DNA of 64,000 nucleotides from Staphylococcus phage AH12, in sequence record OR455461.1. The stretch is one strand, 5' to 3'. Shown here piece by piece: positions 10,425 to 19,890 of the stretch. Made by a program: the position numbers and the translations under genes. The notes beneath the pieces were generated by a model. That model was not told the origin of the DNA, made no database searches, and saw only the letters and a program-made list of their open reading frames with translations. Position 1 is the first letter of the stretch; each line of letters starts with the position of its first letter.

Positions 10425-11019
10425 TTAGTGTATCACCTCTTATTTTTAAATTAAGATGTTCTTTAAATTCTTTTATATACTTATCCAACTTAATATTTTC
10501 TTCTAATTTTAACATATTCTTTCTATATTTAATAAATTCTCTATAAGTTAGTAATCTATTTTTACCTGTATTATTTTTCCAGTTATATCTATCCAATTCC
10601 CTTAAATTAAATTTACTAATATTGAAAATAATTTTATTCAATTCGTGAAGTTCTTTTTCAGTTTCAATAACTCCTGTCATGTTAAAAAACCATCTAGAGT
10701 AATAATTTCCTTTTATTTCATAAGAAAAATTTATAAATTTGTATTCTGACATAATCTCATCATTAAAATATTTCAAGTATATAAATGTAGAAATTATTAA
10801 TATAGGGATAAAAATTGATAAAGATAATAAAAATAGATTGATACTATATAGTAAAGATAAAAAGGATATTAAAATTGACAAAATAAATATTGATGTGAAA
10901 CATCTGAAGGGGATTATTGCATCTTTACCTTTTCTATAAATATGCCAATCAAATAGATTCACTGTTTTTCTCATTTTATTATCACTCACCTTTCTTTTTT
11001 CTATAAAATGTTCTTCCAT
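10405..11019 (-). CDS. membrane protein, tandem paralog 3 of 3 (more divergent)
   Basis: Same architecture. Conserved NWKNNTGKNRLLTYREF. Confidence 0.5.
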   Translation of the reverse strand: MEEHFIEKRKVSDNKMRKTVNLFDWHIYRKGKDAIIPFRCFTSIFILSILISFLSLLYSINLFLLSLSIFIPILIISTFIYLKYFNDEIMSEYKFINFSYEIKGNYYSRWFFNMTGVIETEKELHELNKIIFNISKFNLRELDRYNWKNNTGKNRLLTYREFIKYRKNMLKLEENIKLDKYIKEFKEHLNLKIRGDTLNEKYSK

Positions 11020-11176
11020 GCATTGTTTCGTAGTATTTAATAATATTAGTAATGCATCCCCTACTCACATTAAATCTTTTTGCAAATTGATCTAATGTTT
11101 TCCAATTATTATGAACTATATATTGCATTATTTCTTTTCTTTCTTTAGGTGTGAATTTATAATTTCTTCCAGACAT
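10982..11176 (-). CDS. small helix-turn-helix DNA-binding protein
   Basis: 64 aa. KTLDQFAKRFNVSRGCITNIIKYY looks like a helix-turn-helix. Confidence 0.4.
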   Translation of the reverse strand: MSGRNYKFTPKERKEIMQYIVHNNWKTLDQFAKRFNVSRGCITNIIKYYETMHGRTFYRKKKGE

Positions 11177-11191
11177 AATTAAACTTCTCCT

Positions 11192-11698
11192 TTAATAAGC
11201 AATATATAATTTCTTAGCCTGTTTATTACTGATATTGTATTTATCTTTGAGTCTATTAACTTCATCCATTAATAAATTAATCGTATCCATATCAAGATCA
11301 TGGCCCTTCTTATTTACTTTCTTAAAATATTCAAATTCAATAACAGATTTAATAATTTCACAAGCTCTTTCATCATCAGCTTTCTTAATCATGAAAGTCT
11401 CTAACATATCTTGAATGTCTTCATTAAGCGTATACTTGATTTCTTTTTCATTATTAACTTTAAAAATTAATTTTATTTTCAATGAAGGATCATAGAATTT
11501 TTCTATTTCTTTAAATTCAGCTGTATTATTTTCAAACTCCCATCCAGATAATAGATTATCTTTTAAAAATCTTAAATTGATTACTAGATCTTGATTTAAC
11601 ACTTTTAACATCGCCTCTTCCATATATTTTGTTTTCATTAATTCGTTATTAATAATATCTTGGTTAATTTCAATATCTTTATTTTTTAACATATCCAT
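11192..11698 (-). CDS. hypothetical protein
   Basis: 168-aa ORF. Confidence 0.5.
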   Translation of the reverse strand: MDMLKNKDIEINQDIINNELMKTKYMEEAMLKVLNQDLVINLRFLKDNLLSGWEFENNTAEFKEIEKFYDPSLKIKLIFKVNNEKEIKYTLNEDIQDMLETFMIKKADDERACEIIKSVIEFEYFKKVNKKGHDLDMDTINLLMDEVNRLKDKYNISNKQAKKLYIAY

Positions 11699-11764
11699 TT
11701 CAACTCCTGATTAAGTAATTAAATAATCCCAATGAGAATAATACATCTCATTGGGATATTATAT

Positions 11765-12295
11765 TTATAATTTTTTATATTCCTTAAATAATTCATCTAA
11801 TTCATTATCTTTATATTCACTTACTCTTTCTTTTAAGTTCTTTTCTTTATTTAATTTCTCCATTCTTATTTTCATTAATTTTTCTAATTTTTCTTTTTTG
11901 TTATCTTTAGAAATATATTCAACATGTGTTGTTAATTCATTATCAAAGAATGTTATAATATTTTTATATTCAAAAGATTCACCTTCTTGATTAATTCTTT
12001 GATCTAAATCGTCTACAGAGTTTACATATTCTGATTGTATAAATTCTTCTTCATCCATAATTTTTAATACTTTAACAGCTTTAACTGAACTTGCAAATTT
12101 TTCTAAATCTTCTTTATAAACTCCCTCACCATTTAAATTAACTTCACTTAAATTTAAATTAGAAACCAATGCATATTTATGGAAATAAGAATTTTCTTTT
12201 TCTAATAAATATTCTGGTATTTTATAAATATACTCTCTTCCTTTAAACTCTTTTTGACTTTGAAATTGTACTACTCCATAATAGTTATTTTCCAT
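11765..12295 (-). CDS. hypothetical protein
   Basis: 176-aa ORF. AAAGGAG ribosome-binding site. Confidence 0.5.
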   Translation of the reverse strand: MENNYYGVVQFQSQKEFKGREYIYKIPEYLLEKENSYFHKYALVSNLNLSEVNLNGEGVYKEDLEKFASSVKAVKVLKIMDEEEFIQSEYVNSVDDLDQRINQEGESFEYKNIITFFDNELTTHVEYISKDNKKEKLEKLMKIRMEKLNKEKNLKERVSEYKDNELDELFKEYKKL

Positions 12296-12319
12296 GATAA
12301 AAACTCCTTTAATTTTTTT

Positions 12320-12367
12320 TGAGTAATATCAATTAATATTACTCATTTTTATAATATATATTTAAAT
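12320..12367 (-). promoter_or_regulatory. conserved hairpin + TATATATTATAA intergenic element
   Basis: GAGTAATATCAATTAATATTACTC hairpin next to TTTTTATAATATATATTTAAAT. On the sense strand the order is upstream stop codon, TTAAATATATATTATAAAAATG, hairpin, ribosome-binding site, ATG. Confidence 0.45.
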
Positions 12368-13033
12368 TTGAGATAATAGAAAGTATATAGTTAATAATCC
12401 CATTATAATATGAAAATAGAATAATTTTTTATTTATTCTTTCTTCATATACTTTAAATATTATGCTATCTAAATACTTTTCTAAGTCCTTATTATCTTTA
12501 AAATTTTCTATAAGTTCTTCAAATTTAATTATATTTCCATCTTTATCTTTCATTTCTAAATTACTAAATACATATTTCTTATTTTCAAAACTTAAATTTC
12601 CATCACTTTCTTTTATTAATTCATATTGAAATAATGTATGTCTTATCATAGGTATTAGACTCATTATAATTATAATGAATATACCCATATAAGTAATATC
12701 AGTTATCTCATAGTTTGCATTCACTATATATAAAGAGTAAAATATTATTGTATAAATAATTACATCATACCCTTTCAAAATTTTTCTTATAATTATATTT
12801 ATTATAAGTATTATAAAGAAATAATATACGATATATGATTCAACTACTTCATGGTTAAATACAAGTGAAACTATTGGAAATACTAAGCATGATAATGTTA
12901 ATACAGTTGGTAAAAACTTCTTATCTAATTTTTCTTTATATGCTGCTATAAGAATTTTAAATAAAGAAAAATAAGTAATGTATACCATTATTACAGTTAA
13001 AATTGTTACTATGATTTCTTCCACTTTATACAC
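12362..13033 (-). CDS. polytopic membrane protein
   Basis: 223 aa with multiple hydrophobic helices. Confidence 0.5.
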   Translation of the reverse strand: MYKVEEIIVTILTVIMVYITYFSLFKILIAAYKEKLDKKFLPTVLTLSCLVFPIVSLVFNHEVVESYIVYYFFIILIINIIIRKILKGYDVIIYTIIFYSLYIVNANYEITDITYMGIFIIIIMSLIPMIRHTLFQYELIKESDGNLSFENKKYVFSNLEMKDKDGNIIKFEELIENFKDNKDLEKYLDSIIFKVYEERINKKLFYFHIIMGLLTIYFLLSQI

Positions 13034-13099
13034 TTCTTTCTTGTAAAAAAATAATTAATGAAGATCATGGATCTATGAAAAGATCCATGATCAAATAAT

Positions 13100-13342
13100 T
13101 TAAATGCCTTTTGTTATATTGAGAAATAAGTCTAGATCATCATTGTATTCATCTATAATAACTACTTTGGTTAATTCACTATGATGATTTTTATACACTT
13201 CAATTTCATCAAATTCATTTAATTTAATAAATTTAGGACCTGATGGTACATGTATAATGAAACTATCATATACGCTAGTTAAACCTAAATTTGAAATAAA
13301 TCTATTAAATACTTCTTCTTTTCTAGTTAATGTTTTAATCAT
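13100..13342 (-). CDS. hypothetical protein
   Basis: 80-aa ORF. Confidence 0.45.
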   Translation of the reverse strand: MIKTLTRKEEVFNRFISNLGLTSVYDSFIIHVPSGPKFIKLNEFDEIEVYKNHHSELTKVVIIDEYNDDLDLFLNITKGI

Positions 13343-13366
13343 TTTTTTTCTCCTTTATAATTTATA

Positions 13367-13798
13367 TTATTCTTCTTCAAATAATTCTGGGTCTGTTTCT
13401 GGAGTGATTTCTCTTGAAGTGCTTCCTGGTTCACCTGGTGATTTAACTTCACCTTCTGCTGCTAACTCTTCTTCACGACCATTAGCTGAATATACTGGCT
13501 CTTCTGTTGTTTCATTTTGTTGAACTTCATTACTAGTGTCTACATTGTTATTTTCTTCTACATTGTTATTTGTAGTTTGTTGATTATTTTCATTTGTAAC
13601 TTGTTGTTGAGATTCTGTATTTTGCTGTTGTTCTTTTTCTTTCTTATTCTCTTTTTCCTTTTTAACTTCTTTTTGTTCAGTTTGTAATTTTTGTTTTTCT
13701 AATTGTAAATCCTTATAACTTGTATATGCGAATAAAGCTACTACGAATAATGCTGCTACTAATACAATTGCACCTAAACTTATTAATAATTTTTTCAT
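13367..13798 (-). CDS. N-terminally anchored low-complexity (Q/N/E/T-rich) protein, tandem paralog 1 of 3
   Basis: MKKLLISLGAIVLVAALFVVALFAYTSYKDL anchor followed by low-complexity sequence. Confidence 0.5.
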   Translation of the reverse strand: MKKLLISLGAIVLVAALFVVALFAYTSYKDLQLEKQKLQTEQKEVKKEKENKKEKEQQQNTESQQQVTNENNQQTTNNNVEENNNVDTSNEVQQNETTEEPVYSANGREEELAAEGEVKSPGEPGSTSREITPETDPELFEEE

Positions 13799-13825
13799 AA
13801 TAATTTCCTCTTTTCTAATTTATTT

Positions 13826-14299
13826 TTAGTTTGCCCATTCTTTAATGATGTCTGGGTTATTGTTTACTTCTTCTCTGATACTATCTACATATTCATTACC
13901 ACGTTGTGCTTCTACTTTCCCTTCAGTAATAGCTCTGTCGTTTTCATCCATGTAAGTCATATAGTATTCCATTAATTCTTCATCACTCATAGTACCAATA
14001 TCTGTATTAACTTCATTACTAGTGTCTACATTATTATTTTCTTCTTGACTTGGAGTTTCTTCTTGACTTGGAGTTTCTTCTTGAGCTACTTGTTCTTGAT
14101 CGTTATTTGTTTGTGTGTTACTTACTGTTTCTTGATTTTTACTTTCTTCAGAATCTTTTTGATTATTTTCTTGAGATACTTTATTTTGCTCTTCTTGAGT
14201 TTCATTTAGATCTTTATATACTGAATAACCAAATAATACTGTTGCTCCCAATACTGCTAATAATACTAATACACCTAATACACCTAATAATTTTTTCAT
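13826..14299 (-). CDS. N-terminally anchored low-complexity protein, tandem paralog 2 of 3
   Basis: MKKLLGVLGVLVLLAVLGATVLFGYSVYKDL. Repeated ETPSQEE units. Confidence 0.5.
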   Translation of the reverse strand: MKKLLGVLGVLVLLAVLGATVLFGYSVYKDLNETQEEQNKVSQENNQKDSEESKNQETVSNTQTNNDQEQVAQEETPSQEETPSQEENNNVDTSNEVNTDIGTMSDEELMEYYMTYMDENDRAITEGKVEAQRGNEYVDSIREEVNNNPDIIKEWAN

Positions 14300-14337
14300 A
14301 ATAATTTTCCTCTTTTCATTTTATTTATTTTATTTAA

Positions 14338-14946
14338 TTAAATACCTTCGCCTGGTTCTGGAATTTCTCCTCTTGATGCTTTTTCATACATCTCTTTTTG
14401 CTTTTCATATTCTTCATCCATGTCTTCTTCTTCATCACCACTATGTTTTTCTTCTTCGCTTAATTCATATTTTTTATGGTTTTCAGGGTTTGCCATCTCA
14501 GGTGAAATTGGTTGGAACTTACCTTCTTCAGTTAATCTATTTAACTCTGGAGTCATTTCATCTGTTGTAGCAATTCCATCTCCATTTTTATCAGCCTTAC
14601 GAATTGCTTCACTTACGATTTCAACGTCATCTTCTTTTGGTTGATCAACGTTATCACTGTTATCTACTTCTTGAGTATCTTCAACGCTAATATTATCCTC
14701 TGTTGAATCTGAACTTTGTTCTGTTTCTAAAGATTGATTCTCTTCGTTGTTTACTTCATTGTTTACTTCGTTGTTTACTTCCTTTTTATTTTTATTAGGT
14801 TTTTCTTTAACTTCTTGTTTTTGTTCTGTTTTTAATTCTTTATCGTTACTTTTTATATTCTTATATTGACTGTATCCAAATAAAACTGTTACACCTAATA
14901 CTGCTAATAATACTATTACACCTAATACACCTAATAATTTTTTCAT
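14338..14946 (-). CDS. N-terminally anchored low-complexity protein, tandem paralog 3 of 3
   Basis: MKKLLGVLGVIVLLAVLGVTVLFGYSQYKNI. Repeated NNEVNNEV units and an acidic C-terminus. Confidence 0.5.
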   Translation of the reverse strand: MKKLLGVLGVIVLLAVLGVTVLFGYSQYKNIKSNDKELKTEQKQEVKEKPNKNKKEVNNEVNNEVNNEENQSLETEQSSDSTEDNISVEDTQEVDNSDNVDQPKEDDVEIVSEAIRKADKNGDGIATTDEMTPELNRLTEEGKFQPISPEMANPENHKKYELSEEEKHSGDEEEDMDEEYEKQKEMYEKASRGEIPEPGEGI

Positions 14947-15158
14947 AATAATTCCACCTTTACCTTTTAATTTTTAATATGTAGAGTGGATCATAGAAAT
15001 AATCTACTCTTTTAAATCTATTTATCTTCATTGTTATTATTGAAGACTTCTTTCATAAATTTGAAACAACCTGTTGCTTTCATGAATACAAGTAACACGA
15101 TGATTGTAATAAAGTTTGCGATTAACATATCCGATACACCTCCTTATAGTTTAATTGA

Positions 15159-15356
15159 TTATTTCCAAAAATTTCCTTTTCTAATTTCTCCTACTGTATA
15201 ATTAATTAATAATGATATTGCTGCTAGTACTAATCCAAGTGCTAAAGATTTTCCTTCTACGTATCCAATCATTTCTCCTATGATAAAACCAAGTATAAGA
15301 GTAAACCAAAATAATATCCATGGCTTTAGTTTCAATAATCTTTTTTCTTCATTCAT
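15159..15356 (-). CDS. small two-helix membrane protein (holin-like)
   Basis: 65 aa, two transmembrane helices and a charged C-terminus. Confidence 0.4.
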   Translation of the reverse strand: MNEEKRLLKLKPWILFWFTLILGFIIGEMIGYVEGKSLALGLVLAAISLLINYTVGEIRKGNFWK

Positions 15357-15592
15357 TATCTAAACACATCTCCTTTATCATTATTCACTCTAATATAATA
15401 CACTTTATTACTTTCTTGGATTTTAGATTTTCTTTCATCTCCAATTACATAATTAATTGCTATAGTAATTAATGGTGTTAACATAGAAATTGTAGCTCCT
15501 ACAAAGAAATCATTTGACATTAAACCAATAGTTGAACCTAATATCATACCTACAACTAACGCCCATTCAGTTTTTAATCTTAAAATTTTCAT
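15356..15592 (-). CDS. small two-helix membrane protein (holin-like)
   Basis: 78 aa, two transmembrane helices and a charged C-terminus. Adjacent to the previous ORF. Confidence 0.4.
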   Translation of the reverse strand: MKILRLKTEWALVVGMILGSTIGLMSNDFFVGATISMLTPLITIAINYVIGDERKSKIQESNKVYYIRVNNDKGDVFR

Positions 15593-15613
15593 AATAATTT
15601 TCCTCCATTTATA

Positions 15614-15937
15614 TTATTGAATTACTAATTCTTCTTCTTTCCATAGATTATGCTCTTCTTTACCTTGGAAAGATTGATGTAATCTTCCAGCTTTAGAATA
15701 ATCACTTTTACTTTTATACTCTTTAATTTTATTCTTTTTGACATTTCTCAGATATCTTTCTGATCTAATGTCAAATCTTAATTTGTCTATTTGTTTCATT
15801 AAATTTAATTTCTTTTCAAAATCTTTATTTGAAATTGTTTTGCCATTAGACCTGATTTCTTTGTCTCGTATCACTTGTAATTCTTTTTTTAGTTGTTTAA
15901 TTTTTTCTTCTCTCACCATTTTAATTACACCCCCCAT
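15614..15937 (-). CDS. coiled-coil basic protein with C-terminal SDYSKAGRLH motif (paralog of 16214-16522)
   Basis: 107 aa. Shares the S(D/E)xSKAGRLH C-terminal block with 16214-16522. Confidence 0.5.
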   Translation of the reverse strand: MGGVIKMVREEKIKQLKKELQVIRDKEIRSNGKTISNKDFEKKLNLMKQIDKLRFDIRSERYLRNVKKNKIKEYKSKSDYSKAGRLHQSFQGKEEHNLWKEEELVIQ

Positions 15938-16125
15938 TTTCTTAATCCGAAAGCTGTAGTATCAAAGCTCTCAATCATTGAATCTATTTCTCTATAAGCC
16001 TGTTCTGATGGATATCTTACTTCATCATAGTAATTGATTAAATCCTCTTCGTTAATTTTAGTTTCCTTTTCAAATTCAATTCCATTTAATAATTCTAACA
16101 TAATAATTTCTCCTTTTAATTTTAT

Positions 16126-16175
16126 TAGAAAGAGATTATGATAATCTCTTTCTTCATTATTATAATATATACTTA
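16126..16175 (-). promoter_or_regulatory. conserved hairpin + TATATATTATAA intergenic element
   Basis: AGAAAGAGATTATGATAATCTCTTTCT hairpin next to TCATTATTATAATATATAC. Confidence 0.4.
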
Positions 16176-16213
16176 TTTTAATATACGTTACGCTTTTTCA
16201 AATTCAATTGATT

Positions 16214-16522
16214 CTATGAATTATTGAATATTCTGTGTTTCTCTTGTTTCTGATATTTTCTATGAAGTCTACCTGCTTTAGAAAATTCATCTGAACCTTT
16301 GTAGATATTATCTTCATAATTTTGATCTTTAACTTTCGCTATATGTTTTTCTCTATCGAAGATGTTTTGTTCCTGTTCTACTAGTTCATTAATTTCTTTA
16401 ATTAGTCTTTCTTTTTCTTTGTAAAGTCTTTCTGTTATAGTGCTTGTTCTACTTACTCCCATATCAGAATATATGTTTTTTAATTCTTTTCTTAATTCTG
16501 CTAATTTAGTTTTGTTATTCAT
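16214..16522 (-). CDS. coiled-coil basic protein with C-terminal SDEFSKAGRLH motif (paralog of 15614-15937)
   Basis: 102 aa. Confidence 0.5.
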   Translation of the reverse strand: MNNKTKLAELRKELKNIYSDMGVSRTSTITERLYKEKERLIKEINELVEQEQNIFDREKHIAKVKDQNYEDNIYKGSDEFSKAGRLHRKYQKQEKHRIFNNS

Positions 16523-16820
16523 TGATTTTAGCTCCTTTTTATTGTTGGATCATAGAAAATTATAGACTTAATGAACTTGATACATTATATTCATTAAGTC
16601 TTTAAAACAATTATCCTCTTTCCTCCTCTATCCTAAATTAGAAAACGGATGTCCAAACTTTATTTCTGAAGCTCTTTTAAGAACTTGTTTTTCCATTTCC
16701 TTTTCCATGATTAATTCGTCAATTTTATTGTTTAATATACCTAATACAATCCCTACTCCAAATCCTACTAATGTTTTTAATACTAATTTTTTCATAATAA
16801 TTTCTCCTTTAATTTTTATT

Positions 16821-16870
16821 AGAAAGATATTAATATTCTATCTTTCTTCATTATTATAATATATACTTAT
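16821..16870 (-). promoter_or_regulatory. conserved hairpin + TATATATTATAA intergenic element
   Basis: AGAAAGATATTAATATTCTATCTTTCT hairpin next to TCATTATTATAATATATAC. Confidence 0.4.
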
Positions 16871-16881
16871 TTTAGTATACA

Positions 16882-17514
16882 TTACGCTTTTTCTAATATA
16901 CCTAAATCATATAAATGGTTAACCATAATATAGAATTCATCTTTATCTATATTTTCATTATTTGGTATCATTTCAAATAAATCATATTTATTTATATTAA
17001 TAATATCTACATTATCCTTATTTTTATCTAAAATACTCTCTATACGAATTGTATTGTGTAATAGATTATTTAGTTCAGGTAGATAAAAATAGATATTTTG
17101 ATACTTACAATTATCTGAATTTAACTCTATAATTAATCCATCTAGTTTGTCTTTAATGTATTTGATAACTCTATCAAATGTGCTACCGTTTGTTAATTTA
17201 AAACCAGTAGATCTGATTACTTCTTTAGTATCAAAAATATTAGATTTAACAATATCATTTAACATCATTAAATCTTCTTTCAATAATTTGATATTTAAAT
17301 TAGATTCATTAAAGTTGTTAGATTTTAATGCTTGATATCTAGATTTTTCTAAATAGTAAATAATGAAATTGTAATAATCTTTTAACGGTTTATAAGATAT
17401 ATATTCTTCATTAATAATATCCATATACTCATTTATTAGTTTTGTATAACTATCATTCGTTTTTATTTCTTTAATATTTGTTACTAGTTCATTGACTTTA
17501 ATCATACATACCAC
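16882..17514 (-). CDS. hypothetical protein
   Basis: 210-aa ORF. Confidence 0.5.
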   Translation of the reverse strand: MVCMIKVNELVTNIKEIKTNDSYTKLINEYMDIINEEYISYKPLKDYYNFIIYYLEKSRYQALKSNNFNESNLNIKLLKEDLMMLNDIVKSNIFDTKEVIRSTGFKLTNGSTFDRVIKYIKDKLDGLIIELNSDNCKYQNIYFYLPELNNLLHNTIRIESILDKNKDNVDIININKYDLFEMIPNNENIDKDEFYIMVNHLYDLGILEKA

Positions 17515-17545
17515 ACCTTTATTTTTATTGTTGGATCATAGAAAA

Positions 17546-17788
17546 TTACATACCTAGAAAACTAGATATAACATTTACTCGCATTTCAACTATTGATTTT
17601 ACTGTTGATGATAACATAACAAGTGATATCGCTAATATAAGTTTTGTCCTTAAGCTTAATTTTCTTTTAAATATATAATTCTCTAAATAAGTAGATAAGT
17701 ATTTAGAAATTTCAAAAGATCCAAAAGCTATCGCTATTGGTATTAGCGTGTAATATAACAAAGCGATTATTATATCTAATATAAACAT
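17546..17788 (-). CDS. small membrane protein
   Basis: 80 aa, hydrophobic. Confidence 0.4.
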   Translation of the reverse strand: MFILDIIIALLYYTLIPIAIAFGSFEISKYLSTYLENYIFKRKLSLRTKLILAISLVMLSSTVKSIVEMRVNVISSFLGM

Positions 17789-17913
17789 TGATTCATCTCC
17801 TTTTTATTTATTTAAAATATATTATTATATATCTTCATTATTATAATATATATTTAAATTAATGATAATTACGAAAAAAAAAATATTAGAGGTAACGATC
17901 ATTAATTTGATCG

Positions 17914-18639
17914 TTACCTCAATTTTATTAATTCTTTTATTACTGTATAAATATTAATATTGAAACCTTTAAATATAATTACAATCATATTCCATATTAA
18001 TAATAATATTTGAACTGATATAATTATATATTTTTCATTGATATTGTTATTAATATTGTAATGTGATAATTCAAAATTTATTGTATTCATATTTAAAATT
18101 AATATTGAAAATATTAATGGAAATAAAGAAAAGAATGAGGCAAAAGTAACTCTCATACTTTTATCTTTATAAATTCCATAATCTGAAGAATAATGTAATA
18201 CCGTTATTATAAGCAGTATCATTATAAAAAACATAAATACTGAATTTAATATAGAAGAATCTGATATTAATAAACCAAATAAAAATATATTAGCAACAAT
18301 AAATATTCTTAAAATACTTTTCATTTTAATAAAGCCAACAAATACTAAACCTAATATTGTATCAATAAGTATTGCACTTAATATTACGATTAAAATACTC
18401 CAATCCCATATTAAATTTCCATATGAAGATATATCATCAATTATAATTTGTAAAAATATTATTAATAATAAACTTAAATAAACTGTAAAAGAAACTGGAG
18501 TAATGTCATATATACTACTCTTTTTATCTTTTATACTCTTATAGGTATAAAAATAAAATGTAATATATACTGATATTAATAAGAAAGGTATATTCAATAT
18601 CAATGATATAAAATTTAATTTATTTATTAAATCCATCAT
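17914..18639 (-). CDS. polytopic membrane protein
   Basis: 241 aa with about 7 hydrophobic helices. Confidence 0.5.
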   Translation of the reverse strand: MMDLINKLNFISLILNIPFLLISVYITFYFYTYKSIKDKKSSIYDITPVSFTVYLSLLLIIFLQIIIDDISSYGNLIWDWSILIVILSAILIDTILGLVFVGFIKMKSILRIFIVANIFLFGLLISDSSILNSVFMFFIMILLIITVLHYSSDYGIYKDKSMRVTFASFFSLFPLIFSILILNMNTINFELSHYNINNNINEKYIIISVQILLLIWNMIVIIFKGFNINIYTVIKELIKLR

Positions 18640-18658
18640 AATTTAAAACACATTCTTT

Positions 18659-19276
18659 CTATTCTGATTTACTAAATTCATTAATAAAATTATATTCTTG
18701 ATCAATATCTTTAAAGTATTCATCTATAATTTTACTCTGTTTAGATAGTATATTAATCTCTGTTACACTTGGTTTAAGATTAAGAACTTTCTGATTCACT
18801 GTCTCTGATTTAAAAACATCATTTAAACGTTTATTCATAAGAGTAGTATCTATTTTAGAAATATATTCATTTAATTCAATTGTATCAATATCAACAGGTA
18901 TAATAAAGTATAGGTTGGTCTTAATTATTTCATTATCTTCTGTTTTATTTCCTGTATAAATAATATTAACTTTATCAACTGATTTTAATTCAGAATTCAT
19001 AATATTATCAATAATTTTAGCATTTGAATTTTTAAAGTCTTTATCAATATTATCTAAATAATTGTAAAACTCATCAAATCTAACGATATGACCTGTATGG
19101 AAATCAAATCTCATTTTAAACTGATTTTTTCCTTTTTTATTGAATTTAACAACTTCATTAATGTCTTTTATATCATGTGTGTAATCTGGTTTAACTTTTT
19201 TATTAAATTCAAAATTAGACAATAATAAATAATTATTATTGTCTTTATCTTGAAATATTAGAAATTTATTTTTCAT
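18659..19276 (-). CDS. hypothetical protein
   Basis: 205-aa ORF. Confidence 0.5.
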   Translation of the reverse strand: MKNKFLIFQDKDNNNYLLLSNFEFNKKVKPDYTHDIKDINEVVKFNKKGKNQFKMRFDFHTGHIVRFDEFYNYLDNIDKDFKNSNAKIIDNIMNSELKSVDKVNIIYTGNKTEDNEIIKTNLYFIIPVDIDTIELNEYISKIDTTLMNKRLNDVFKSETVNQKVLNLKPSVTEINILSKQSKIIDEYFKDIDQEYNFINEFSKSE

Positions 19277-19290
19277 AATTCATTTCATCC

Positions 19291-19818
19291 TTATCTGTTT
19301 TTAATTTTGTCAAATCCGTCCATTAATTTAAGTAATTTATATGATATTAATGTTATTGATAAATTATTATAAGTTGATACATAAAGTTCTTTAAGTTCTT
19401 TATTATTAAATTCATCTTCATTAAGTTTATTAATAATTTCATCTAAAGATGTTTCTAATATTAATACTGATTTATAATCATCTTTATTAATATTTGTCTT
19501 AATATCATTTGATGTTTTTAATATAGTACTAATATTCTCTTTATCAGTTCCATTAACTTCATTATTTTTAAATATATCAATTATATTATCTTCAATATTC
19601 TTTAATTCTTTTAGTGAATTGTTAATATTGATACTTATATACATTTTATTATTTTCTAAATCTCTCTTATTACTGATATTCTCTAATATACCTTTTAAGA
19701 TATTCTTATTAGGAAATTCTTCCAATTTACTACTTGTTTGAAAATCCGTTAATTCTTTAAATATTTCTTCAAATGTAAAAACTTCTTGTTTATTTGACAT
19801 ATCCATTTCACTCTCCAT
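19291..19818 (-). CDS. hypothetical protein
   Basis: 175-aa ORF. Confidence 0.5.
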   Translation of the reverse strand: MESEMDMSNKQEVFTFEEIFKELTDFQTSSKLEEFPNKNILKGILENISNKRDLENNKMYISININNSLKELKNIEDNIIDIFKNNEVNGTDKENISTILKTSNDIKTNINKDDYKSVLILETSLDEIINKLNEDEFNNKELKELYVSTYNNLSITLISYKLLKLMDGFDKIKNR

Positions 19819-19890
19819 TTTAATAATTTAATATAGGTAATGAGCGTTATAATATTTGCTCATTACCTATTTATAATATATACTTATTTC

